27,050 nucleotides of DNA, from contig CAYRPF010000023.1 of the NCBI GenBank assembly GCA_964426185.1, positions 11,874-38,923 on the forward strand, read 5' to 3'. Below the pieces are notes generated by a model, which saw only the letters and a program-made list of their open reading frames with translations, did no database searches and had not been told where the DNA came from. The stretch's first letter is position 1, and each line of letters starts with the position of its first letter. Shown here piece after piece: positions 7,657-16,713 of this stretch. This DNA comes from an uncultured archaeon (GTDB taxonomy: Archaea; Asgardarchaeota; Lokiarchaeia; Sigyniarchaeales; Promethearchaeaceae). Made by a program: the position numbers and the translations under genes.

Positions 7657-7743
7657 AGGTTAGGATAGAAGATAATCAGATAATTTGCGGAGGATTAATC
7701 GATTATTATGGCTATAGCTCGAAGGAGCAGATTATCCTAACCT
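7657..7743 (-). ncRNA. Candidate ~87-nt small RNA gene (three-way junction) with its own TATA box and oligo-T terminator
   Basis: Perfect 11-bp terminal helix AGGTTAGGATA 7657-7667/TATCCTAACCT 7733-7743 enclosing two hairpins. On the minus strand TTTAAATA (7768-7775) lies ~25 nt upstream of 7743 and T-tracts (7633-7655) lie immediately downstream. Confidence 0.55.
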
Positions 7744-8291
7744 ATATAATAATTATAACATAACAAATATTTAAACCTTCTTGCATTTACCATGGTCTAT
7801 TGGGAACTTATATTGGTAAATAAACATATCAGTAGGGATTATCCGATTAAATTTTACGATGCTATCGAATAGAGCCTAAAATTTATCAAAATATTCTTAA
7901 AATTCATTTTTCTGAACTATTTAAGTTCGATTTCCTTAGGTTGATCATAATTATTAAGGGGTTGATTAAAGGACTAGGGATTTGGGAAGGGTATTTCATT
8001 AGTTTATTTAGGATCGGTTAAATTGTGCTTCGATTCTTGCTAAGTGAAGATGAAAATCAAAACCTCTAAAAAATTAGTAATATGATAGAAATAACGTAAT
8101 TTTTACGAATGTGATCCACCTCACTATTAAAATAACTCCAATCGCATAAATTGAAGTGATATTTTGTGTATTTATCTTTTCCAAAGAATTGATGTACATT
8201 TAAAGATGGGCAGAAGCCCATTTCGGTGTATCCATTAGATTTAAATATTTTTTTTTTAATTAAGGATCAAAAATACTGTAAAGTGGAAAAA

Positions 8292-8987
8292 ATGAAAATA
8301 TTATGGAAAAAAAGAGAATGGCGAAATATTTTATTCATTTTGTTTCTGATATTCACACCCACTTTTTATTATGCCAACTTGGCTTGTACAGATTGCATTT
8401 TTGATTTTGATGATGATAATCACCTTGCCTCTTGGATTAAAGATGTTATTTTTATAGAACTAAGAAAAACAAATAGATCTTGGGTGGATTTTCAGATTGA
8501 TTTTGAGCTGTGGAATCCAGGACCTTTTGTTATTTATTACCAATCTTCTACGACAGCATTAGGTCTTCCGTATTCCATCAAATTAGAAGAAAATGTTAAT
8601 ACAACAATTGAATCAACTGATATATCTGCCAATGATGGGGGAGGTCTAGTTTGCTCAAGTACATTAATTCGTCCGGGAGTGCATAGCTTTACTTGGAATG
8701 GAACAATCTCTTTTAACAACACTTTTGTCAATAACACAGCTCCTATTGGAAAATACACTTTCAAAATTGGAAATGAAAAATGGATAAAAATATACCCTTT
8801 TATTGTGCAAATTGATGAAAAATTTGTAAATAAGACCTATACCGAAAAACCTGTGGATTGGCGGAAACGTACCATTTATTTAGGAAATCCACCTCTCACT
8901 ACATGGCTTGGATTGGGAATAACATCCATTTATTTGACATTAGTCATTCGACGTGAAAAAAATAAAGCAACATTAGAAAAGGCATAA
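8292..8987 (+). CDS. Hypothetical surface protein (N-terminal signal/TM, beta-rich ectodomain, C-terminal TM anchor)
   Basis: Basic N-terminus plus a hydrophobic stretch from ATG 8292, several N-x-S/T sequons, and a C-terminal TM helix followed by RREKNK. Confidence 0.65.
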   Translation: MKILWKKREWRNILFILFLIFTPTFYYANLACTDCIFDFDDDNHLASWIKDVIFIELRKTNRSWVDFQIDFELWNPGPFVIYYQSSTTALGLPYSIKLEENVNTTIESTDISANDGGGLVCSSTLIRPGVHSFTWNGTISFNNTFVNNTAPIGKYTFKIGNEKWIKIYPFIVQIDEKFVNKTYTEKPVDWRKRTIYLGNPPLTTWLGLGITSIYLTLVIRREKNKATLEKA

Positions 8988-9093
8988 ATAAACAATAATT
9001 TTTTTATTAGAAATTGTAAGAATTTGGATATTTCTTCTGCTTTGAAATACCATCAGAAAAGCTTTTATTGAGAGGATTTATCTCATTAGAGCA

Positions 9094-9852
9094 ATGGGCG
9101 AATATTTTGATCCTCAAATTTCAGTTGCTATAGATTTAATACGTTACCATGAGCATATTGTAGCATTTACCGGAGCTGGAATTTCTACTTCGTCTGGAAT
9201 AGAAGATTTTCGTTCACCTGGGGGTCTTTGGGAGCAATATAACCCGTTACAATATGCAAATTACTCCGTTTTTTTAAAAAAACCTCATTATTACTGGGAA
9301 TTAGAACGGGCCATGATTCCCCGGTTTGAACATGCACGACCAAACAAAGCCCACAAAGCCTTGGTAAAACTGGAAAAAATGGGTAAACTCCAAGCCATTA
9401 TTACTCAAAATATGGATAATTTCCATCAAGAAGCAGGTTCAAAAGTTCCAGTTATCGAACTTCATGGAAATAAAAATCGAGCATATTGCATGGATTGTCA
9501 CACCCCTATTAAGCGTAGTTTTCTTACAAAATGGTTGAAACACAATTCTGGTATACCAATCTGCCCAGTATGTGGTGGTAGAATAAAACCCGATGTTGTG
9601 TTATTTAATGAACCATTTGCGGAAGATTTATTAGAACAAGCTACTGAATTTGCAGAAAATTGTGAAATAATGTTGGTATTAGGAACATCGTTATCAGTTT
9701 TCCCTGCAAATCAAATTCCTTTACTTGCTCGAAAAATGGGAGCAAAGTTAATACTCATCAATAAGGATCCTACTTTCATGGATAAATATGCCACATTGCG
9801 CATTTTAGGAGATTTAGAAACATATCTTCCTTTTTTGGTTTCAAATATTTAG
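9094..9852 (+). CDS. cobB: Sir2/CobB-family NAD-dependent protein deacylase
   Basis: TGAGISTSSGIEDFR, TQNMD, ELHG, CxxC...CxxC zinc site, KPDVVLFNE, GTSLSVFPA and INKDPT. Confidence 0.95.
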   Translation: MGEYFDPQISVAIDLIRYHEHIVAFTGAGISTSSGIEDFRSPGGLWEQYNPLQYANYSVFLKKPHYYWELERAMIPRFEHARPNKAHKALVKLEKMGKLQAIITQNMDNFHQEAGSKVPVIELHGNKNRAYCMDCHTPIKRSFLTKWLKHNSGIPICPVCGGRIKPDVVLFNEPFAEDLLEQATEFAENCEIMLVLGTSLSVFPANQIPLLARKMGAKLILINKDPTFMDKYATLRILGDLETYLPFLVSNI

Positions 9853-9854
9853 GA

Positions 9855-10703
9855 GTGTTCAATCAATTGCCCGCTAAAAAGAAAAAAAATAATATTCCAA
9901 ATAAGAGTGCTGGAGGCAATAGAAAACCCGTAGGGAAAATTGAATCTCGTTTTACTTCCTCGGATTTCGATTATCTTTCCAATAGTGATTTTAATGATTC
10001 TCCTGTAAAAAAAGAAGATGAAGAATTAAAGTATCAAGTTCAAAAAAATCGTGACGAAGCTGTTAAAGCTCGAGATCTTCCCTTCCGAGGCAAATTACTC
10101 CAATTATTCGCCCCTACCGATGCAAAAGAATTGATAAAATATCAAGCCCATCCCCTTGAAGAAGCAGAAGTTAAAGGATACATCCCGCAAGACTATACAT
10201 ATATCCAAATGCGCCTAGATATAGAAGATATTACTGAAAAGTTTTCAAATGAATTGGAACAATACCGGATAAGCGGGATAAAAATTCGAAAGGCAACCAT
10301 TGAAGATTTATCCATTTTTGTAAAGCTGTATAACCGAGCTTTTATGAGAGGGTCCGATCCTTGGAGTCCTGCCAGTGAACCTCAATTCAAGGAGATATTA
10401 TCCCATGAGAGTACAGTGGTTTTGATTGCTTCAATTGAAGAAGAAGATGTAGGCTTTATTATCATAGATCTTGAAGAAGATCCAAAAATCGGAAAAGTTG
10501 GGATTATTTGTGGATTGGGGACAGATCCTCGGTGGCAACGTCGTGGGATCGCACGATTTTTAGGAATTGCATCTTGGGATTATTTCAAACAGAGGAATGT
10601 GAAAGAGTTACGCTGTGAGGTCTATGAAAATAATAAACCTTCCTATAATTTGATCAAAAGTCTTCATTTTCAAGAAGTGGGAAAAAAAGTTTACCAATTT
10701 TGA
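9855..10703 (+). CDS. GNAT-family N-acetyltransferase with long N-terminal extension (start GTG 9855 or TTG 9867)
   Basis: IRKATIED, VGFI, acetyl-CoA loop LGTDPRWQRRGIA and EVYENNKPSYNLIKSLHF. Begins 2 nt after the sir2 stop codon. Confidence 0.9.
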   Translation: MFNQLPAKKKKNNIPNKSAGGNRKPVGKIESRFTSSDFDYLSNSDFNDSPVKKEDEELKYQVQKNRDEAVKARDLPFRGKLLQLFAPTDAKELIKYQAHPLEEAEVKGYIPQDYTYIQMRLDIEDITEKFSNELEQYRISGIKIRKATIEDLSIFVKLYNRAFMRGSDPWSPASEPQFKEILSHESTVVLIASIEEEDVGFIIIDLEEDPKIGKVGIICGLGTDPRWQRRGIARFLGIASWDYFKQRNVKELRCEVYENNKPSYNLIKSLHFQEVGKKVYQF

Positions 10704-11019
10704 CCTTAAACGCATTACCATAAGGGAATTGAGCAAATCAATAGAATCCATATATCGCCATATGCTTCATGATGAAATATTTTTTATTATTCTTGCATCC
10801 TAAGTTACATATTCGCAACCATGAAAAAGAAATTGGCTGTGGAGGATAAAGATATCCATTGAAAATTCAAAATTACTTAAATAAGATCTTGGTCCAGCAA
10901 TCAATGAATATTTTTTTCCCTCTTCCAAAAATTTTTTTCACTACCCATTATTTATTCAAATCATTACGTGAAATTTCTAAAGAACAACTAAAAGAAAAAA
11001 ATAGAAAAGGTGCATTAAC

Positions 11020-11835
11020 TTGACAGAATCATCAGAAATTATGGTAGAAGTGAAAGATTTAGTAAAACACTTTGATGAAGTGAAAGCTGTAGATGGTATT
11101 TCTTTTAATATCAAAAAAGGTGAAATTTTTGGCCTATTAGGGCCAAACGGTGCAGGAAAAACCACCACCGTCAAACTAATGTTAGGATTGCTTGAAGCAA
11201 ATGGTGGTTCAATTTCCATTTTGGGTTTCGATCCAGAACGTGACGAAATTCTTTTAAAATCACATATTGGTTATGTTTCAGAAGAACCGCTGATTTACAA
11301 ATCTCTCACCCCAAAGGAGTTGTTTAATTTTATTGCTTCTATTCGAAATCTATCGGGCGAAGAAGTTAGCGCCAAGTTGGCTCAATATTTAGATAGTTTA
11401 GGTGCAGTAGAGTATTATGAACGATTGATTACCACTTTATCCCGGGGAAACAAGCAGAAAATTCAAATTATCGCTGCAATTCTGCATGATCCCGATTTAC
11501 TGATTATGGACGAACCGCTTGCTGGACTTGATGCAAAATCAGTAAAAGTAGTAAAGGAAATTCTCGAACTTCATACCGAACGCGGCGGTGCAGTGCTATT
11601 CTCTACGCATATCATGGAAATCGCGGAAGATATCTGCGATCGTATTGGAATCATCAACCGCGGGAAAATGGTAGCCATGGGAACATTTGAAGAACTCAGG
11701 CATATAGCTAAAGATATTGATTCATCTATGGATTTAGAAGATATATTTTTGAAGCTAACAGAACAAGACGAATCAATTAAGGATATCGTTAAAAAATTAA
11801 GAACAACCATGAAAAACGGAAGGGGCTCGAAATAA
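11020..11835 (+). CDS. ABC transporter ATP-binding protein (exporter type)
   Basis: GPNGAGKTT, LSRGNKQK signature, LIMDEP and STH switch. Confidence 0.95.
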   Translation: MTESSEIMVEVKDLVKHFDEVKAVDGISFNIKKGEIFGLLGPNGAGKTTTVKLMLGLLEANGGSISILGFDPERDEILLKSHIGYVSEEPLIYKSLTPKELFNFIASIRNLSGEEVSAKLAQYLDSLGAVEYYERLITTLSRGNKQKIQIIAAILHDPDLLIMDEPLAGLDAKSVKVVKEILELHTERGGAVLFSTHIMEIAEDICDRIGIINRGKMVAMGTFEELRHIAKDIDSSMDLEDIFLKLTEQDESIKDIVKKLRTTMKNGRGSK

Positions 11836-11836
11836 A

Positions 11837-13570
11837 ATGGTTCAAGATTCCTCCATTTCTTTGAAAAGACTCTATAAAATATCGAATTTTTCGTATAATG
11901 AAGCTTTTTTGCAATCGACTTTAAATATGGCCGGAGCCAATCAAAATCAGATCATGGAACGTTTGAAAAAAAAATCGAAATATCTCAAAAACCAACGATT
12001 AACCTCAAAAATCGTTATGACAATATATTTGGTATTATTTATTGCAGTTCCAATTCAATCACTTATAATGGTCAAAGATGCTTTAAAAAATGGAAATACA
12101 CCCCAACAAACATTACTGGCAAGTAGTGGATTGATTTCTGCATTTCTGCTGATGCAGATATTTTACTTGTTAATGTTTGGTTTATTTACCTCTACAGGGC
12201 TTTTTTCACCAGATAGCTATCGATGGTTGAGTACCCTCCCTATAAAAAAAAGCAATCTTCCAGTTATTGGATTATTTACCCTTTTTCGAGGCATGAATCT
12301 CCAAATTGTTGTTTTAACTTTGGTATTTCCGACAGCGGTGGCAATTATCACCGCAAATTTTGTGATAACCTTAATCGCCTTAGTTCAATCTATCTTGACT
12401 ATGCTATTTGGTATATCCTTACTCGTGCTTTTGGGGGCAAAATTTACCAAGATTGTTAATACAAATGCGGGAAATAATCGAATATCCACTATATCCCGAA
12501 TTGCTGTCATTATGGGATATATGCTGGGTACAATAATGGCTTCTCTTGGAATTCAACTGGTCAATCCCATAATGGTCCAATTTATGGCTTCCAGTCCCGT
12601 TTCTCATGAAATACTGCCCAGTTTGAATCAATGGCTAGCCTTGATACCTGTTTTTTTGAATGCGGGATATATGGTTTCTGCTGGATTTATTGGATTCTCC
12701 TATTTTTCAGCAAATTTTTGGATTTTTGCAGGAATTGGGCTTGTCCTATTCGTTGTAGTAAATTATCGCTTGGCTAAACGTGCCCTACGAGTATTTTACA
12801 AATCTATTGAGCCCAATTTGTCAGAAAAAACTACCGTTAAGATTTCCACCTTAGAAGACGTTTCAGTTCAGTCAACTTCTCAAACTATGGCCTTTTTTAA
12901 GAAAGATGCTCAAAATATTACTCGTGATATTCAATCATTAATGTTCGTAGTTATGCCGGTGATTTTACCGCTAATTGCTTTCTTAGTTACTGGAATTACT
13001 GGAATTGAAGAAGGAGAGGAAATGGACCAGGTTGTCTTATATTTCTTGGCTATGTTTTACATGTTTATGGGTGCTTTTATGTTGATTTTAGGTGTAATAT
13101 CCATTGAAACCACCGGCGCAACCATTTTGGCCGCTTTACCCATTGATGTAAGAGCGCAGGCAAAAGCGAAGATTTTATGGACCGTTCTTATTATTCCCTT
13201 TGCCAATCTTATACCGTCTTTTCTATTTATAAAAGAAGATTTTTTCTTGGAGATGTTGGCAGTATTCGGGGTAATGATTCCAATGGGCATAATTTTTGCA
13301 GTTTTTGTGCTGGAAATGCAGGCCTTTTTCTTTGGGAAGTTGAAATATAAATACGTGTTGGATGAAGTTAAGATCGAGCATAAAGTCGGCAAAATTATTT
13401 TGATGGTGATTATCGGTCTTGTGATATCGATCTCTTATATCATTGCGGTTGCTTATCTATTGAATGTTCAAGGTAGCGGTTATATGTTAGTTTACATGGG
13501 CTTAATTGAACTCGTGCTTGGTATTTTGGTATATCTAATATTCAATAAGATGTTTCCGAAGATGCAATAA
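11837..13570 (+). CDS. ABC exporter permease subunit (about 12-14 TM helices)
   Basis: Starts 1 nt after the ATPase stop. Two hydrophobic halves, each with an 'L..LPI' motif (WLSTLPI, LAALPI). Confidence 0.8.
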   Translation: MVQDSSISLKRLYKISNFSYNEAFLQSTLNMAGANQNQIMERLKKKSKYLKNQRLTSKIVMTIYLVLFIAVPIQSLIMVKDALKNGNTPQQTLLASSGLISAFLLMQIFYLLMFGLFTSTGLFSPDSYRWLSTLPIKKSNLPVIGLFTLFRGMNLQIVVLTLVFPTAVAIITANFVITLIALVQSILTMLFGISLLVLLGAKFTKIVNTNAGNNRISTISRIAVIMGYMLGTIMASLGIQLVNPIMVQFMASSPVSHEILPSLNQWLALIPVFLNAGYMVSAGFIGFSYFSANFWIFAGIGLVLFVVVNYRLAKRALRVFYKSIEPNLSEKTTVKISTLEDVSVQSTSQTMAFFKKDAQNITRDIQSLMFVVMPVILPLIAFLVTGITGIEEGEEMDQVVLYFLAMFYMFMGAFMLILGVISIETTGATILAALPIDVRAQAKAKILWTVLIIPFANLIPSFLFIKEDFFLEMLAVFGVMIPMGIIFAVFVLEMQAFFFGKLKYKYVLDEVKIEHKVGKIILMVIIGLVISISYIIAVAYLLNVQGSGYMLVYMGLIELVLGILVYLIFNKMFPKMQ

Positions 13571-13622
13571 TTCAATTATTCTTCTTATTTTTTTCAATTT
13601 GCTTTTTATTACTAATTATGAA

Positions 13623-15248
13623 TTAATCAAAATCTGCCGGTTGGTAGGTTGGAATCCAATTTAACAAACCTTTTGCGGAGATCTGGTCCATTGGAGCAGA
13701 AACACGCCGCATATTGTATTCTAATTTTGCACCTTTTTGGGGTTTCCCGATGATCCGTACTTGACCATGATTGATAAAAGTATAATTTCTTTTTTGTGGT
13801 TCTTCTACAAGATCTGACACTAATTTGGCATATAGAGGGTAAAAGACTCGATGATTGCCTGGATGACCTTGTGGGCATTGATTCAAACCTGAAATATTCG
13901 GGATTAAACAACCTTCATCACAAAAATGCAAATAAATACCACGATTGTCATCTGCTGAATATTTTTCAATGCGACCGATATAAAAATTGGGAGTGCCCAA
14001 ACCCATATGGATTCTTTCATATTCCTTAATTGAATATTTCTTTTTGTTATGCAGAAAATGATCAATTTTGGGACCTATATTTACCACTTGAAATATTTGC
14101 GGCTGGATTTTGATTAAACCGCTTATACAAGTTGCTCCGCTTCCATACGAGCCAAAATAAAAAATATCATTAGGACGTGCGGATTTTTCAAATAAATAAA
14201 TAATTTGAGCCCAAACCGAAGCAGAATACATGTTACCAAAATGCATTGGAACTTCTAATTGAGGGAAGAAGTAATGCTTTAACTCACTGGCTGTTTTGAG
14301 TAATTTTATTATGGCTTGACGGGAAAAACCGTGTTTAAGTAATATATTAGTGATCAAAGAAGGAAAATGTTTAACGCTGTAACGAATTGAGGGCAATTGT
14401 GAAGATAAGCGGGAGCGAGGTGGCTTAAATTCCCAGTTGAGTGCATGTTCGATAAAATGTTCAGAGCGTTCTGCAATTAGTTTTTGGAGAAATTTTACAG
14501 GGAGTTTGGAGAAAGGTGCATGAAAAACATAATAATCGGCACGAAATTTGCCTAAATTTTGTGAAAGATTATCAAAAGCTCGCAGTTGGAAATTCATATA
14601 TGAATCAACAGAATATTTTCCAAAAACTTGAGCGTCTTTCTCTCCAGCTGGTCGGAAAAAATCATTTACGTTTCCAGAAACTTTTCCAAATTTTTTGCTG
14701 AAAGTCGCAATTCGTGGATTTCTCGAAAGAATAAAGGCTACAGATCCTGCACCTTGAGTGGGTTCTCCTGGTGAATTTAAAGGATATGAACTAATGTCTG
14801 CTCCAATAACCAAAGCTTTTTGTATTACACCATTTTCTATTAATCCAATTGCGTTCAAAATCGCAAGGGTCGCTCCAGCACAAGCATTATATATATCTTG
14901 TGTTAAGCAGTTGGGGGAAACTCCGAGAATTTCTGCCAAAATGTTTGAAATAGATTTCACTGCATAAGTAATTGTTTCTGTGCCTACAAATACTGCATCA
15001 ATTTCCTCTGCTTTGATATTTCCCCGAATTAGAGCGTTTTGAGCCGCTTTAATACTCATGGTTACAATGTCTTCACCTACATCAGGTACACGCATTTCTT
15101 GAACCATGAGGCCTTCTTCGAATTTTTCTGGTTTGATATTCCTTGCTTGGGCTAATTCTTTCAAGGATACATAATAAGTAGGTGCATAAAATCCGATTGA
15201 GTCTATTCCAATTTCAGAAAATAAATCAGCCTGCGAAGATTGCGGCAT
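13623..15248 (-). CDS. mvaS: Hydroxymethylglutaryl-CoA synthase with C-terminal DUF35-like (zinc ribbon + OB) extension
   Basis: IGIDSIGFYAP, VGTET (Glu), NACAGAT (Cys), GEPTQGAG, FHAPF (His), GNMYSAS and GSYGSGA, plus an extra ~110-aa C-terminal domain. Confidence 0.88.
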   Translation of the reverse strand: MPQSSQADLFSEIGIDSIGFYAPTYYVSLKELAQARNIKPEKFEEGLMVQEMRVPDVGEDIVTMSIKAAQNALIRGNIKAEEIDAVFVGTETITYAVKSISNILAEILGVSPNCLTQDIYNACAGATLAILNAIGLIENGVIQKALVIGADISSYPLNSPGEPTQGAGSVAFILSRNPRIATFSKKFGKVSGNVNDFFRPAGEKDAQVFGKYSVDSYMNFQLRAFDNLSQNLGKFRADYYVFHAPFSKLPVKFLQKLIAERSEHFIEHALNWEFKPPRSRLSSQLPSIRYSVKHFPSLITNILLKHGFSRQAIIKLLKTASELKHYFFPQLEVPMHFGNMYSASVWAQIIYLFEKSARPNDIFYFGSYGSGATCISGLIKIQPQIFQVVNIGPKIDHFLHNKKKYSIKEYERIHMGLGTPNFYIGRIEKYSADDNRGIYLHFCDEGCLIPNISGLNQCPQGHPGNHRVFYPLYAKLVSDLVEEPQKRNYTFINHGQVRIIGKPQKGAKLEYNMRRVSAPMDQISAKGLLNWIPTYQPADFD

Positions 15249-15396
15249 CGTTATTTAATATTAATTTAGCAATAAAAAAAAGATTTCCGCTTAAATGTTA
15301 AGTAATTGTATAATATACAATTCCAATATCTTGTACATTGGGGAAAATAAAGTGAAAGAAAAATTAAAAAAGCGGTGAGATTAATTTAACTAAATC

Positions 15397-16107
15397 ATGA
15401 AAGATCCAATTTATTTGAACGATATGTACTTAAAGGAATTTATTTCAACAGTAAAATCTGTGGATGAAGAAAATCATGTTTATTTAGATCAAACCGCATT
15501 TTATCCCAGATCGGGTGGTGTTGATGGAGATCAAGGAGAATTGATAAGAAAAAATGATGGAAAGTCATTTATGGTTATTTTAACTGGAAAAAAGCAAGGT
15601 GAAATATATCATCAAGTTAACAATTCTGGGTTACATAAAGGGGATAAAATCATTGGAAAATTGGATTGGGCCCGAAGATATGAACTTATGCGTTATCATA
15701 CAGCAGCTCACGTATTGAGTGGAGTGTTTTGGCACGAAGGTCAGGTGAAAATAACCGGGAATAATTTAGAAGTTGGAAAAGGGAGGATCGACTTCAACTT
15801 TCCCAATTTTGATCGCGGATTGGTAGAACATTTCGTGGAAAAAGCAAATGAATATATTCGGCAAGATTTACCGGTAACTGTTTACTATATTTCCCGTCAA
15901 GAGTTAGATTCAGACCCGAATATGACAAAATTAGCTATGGGTTTGCCAAAATCCATTAAAAATGTCCGAATTGTAGATATTACCATTGACAAGCAGCCTG
16001 ATGGGGGTTGTCATGTAAAATCTTTGGGAGAAATTGGAACCATCCAAATAACCAACATAAAAAACAAAGGAAAAAATAACCGACGACTTTACTTTACTTT
16101 GATATAG
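15397..16107 (+). CDS. alaX: AlaX-M type trans-editing alanyl-tRNA deacylase
   Basis: LDQTAFYPRSGG..DQG, LDWARRYELMRYHTAAHVL (HxxxH), DGGCHV and NKGKNNRR. Confidence 0.93.
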   Translation: MKDPIYLNDMYLKEFISTVKSVDEENHVYLDQTAFYPRSGGVDGDQGELIRKNDGKSFMVILTGKKQGEIYHQVNNSGLHKGDKIIGKLDWARRYELMRYHTAAHVLSGVFWHEGQVKITGNNLEVGKGRIDFNFPNFDRGLVEHFVEKANEYIRQDLPVTVYYISRQELDSDPNMTKLAMGLPKSIKNVRIVDITIDKQPDGGCHVKSLGEIGTIQITNIKNKGKNNRRLYFTLI

Positions 16108-16128
16108 AATATTTTTTCTACTAATGAT

Positions 16129-16713
16129 TTAACCGAAGAAATTTTTCACAGATTTTTCCAATTCATCGGTCGGAAATAAGGGTATATTAAGATCTCCCAG
16201 ATATTTTAAGATATATTGATTCAAATATGGACGCGGCGCAGGTAATTGGGATAATTCCAAGGTAAAATTTTTTAAATTCAGGTTAAGAGATGGCAGTTCT
16301 TGCTGAATGGTTTCAATGTGAGAATCCTCATTAATTAATAACTCAATCCGTTGCGATCTTGCGCTTTTTGGAAGAATCTGATTTCTGTTGACTAATGCTG
16401 CTCCATCGGGTCGACAATAAGATATGTATCGATAAAATTCCAGGCCTTCGAGTGCAATTAGCAAATCAACCCGTCCTTTTGGGGGAAATCCTGAAATAAA
16501 GATCTCATCTTCTTGAGCTTTTTTTTCAGTTTTCAGTAAATATCTCACCGAGGCGATTACTGATCCTTCCCGCTGGGAAACACCTCTGCTTTCTAAGGCC
16601 GTAAAACTGGAAATATTAGGGTGTTCCATTGCGTAATTCTGGAAAAATTTTCCCATCTTGATAACGCCCTGTCCACCGATTCCTACAATTAAGATATTAT
16701 AGATTTTTGTCAT
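16129..16713 (-). CDS. iorB: Indolepyruvate:ferredoxin oxidoreductase beta subunit
   Basis: ILIVGIGGQGVI, ESRGVSQREGSV and DLLIALE. Overlaps the iorA stop. Confidence 0.88.
   Translation of the reverse strand: MTKIYNILIVGIGGQGVIKMGKFFQNYAMEHPNISSFTALESRGVSQREGSVIASVRYLLKTEKKAQEDEIFISGFPPKGRVDLLIALEGLEFYRYISYCRPDGAALVNRNQILPKSARSQRIELLINEDSHIETIQQELPSLNLNLKNFTLELSQLPAPRPYLNQYILKYLGDLNIPLFPTDELEKSVKNFFG

Noticed and set aside
7657-7743. SECIS element or MITE
   Set aside because: No gene in the window shows a plausible in-frame UGA read-through and no AUGA/GA quartet is evident. No target-site duplication or second copy is visible for a MITE, though this is not excluded genome-wide.
7957-7991. 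G-tract cluster (GGGG...GGG-ATTT-GGG-AA-GGG) as a G-quadruplex
   Set aside because: The first loop is about 15 nt long and nothing else supports it.
9094-9852. Sir2 as an anti-phage NADase (Thoeris/DSR/pAgo-associated)
   Set aside because: It has the zinc-binding domain and full motif set of classical deacylase sirtuins, and no defence partners nearby.
10704-11019. Hidden small ORF or pseudogene between the GNAT and ABC genes
   Set aside because: The frames I read are short, interrupted and without recognisable motifs.
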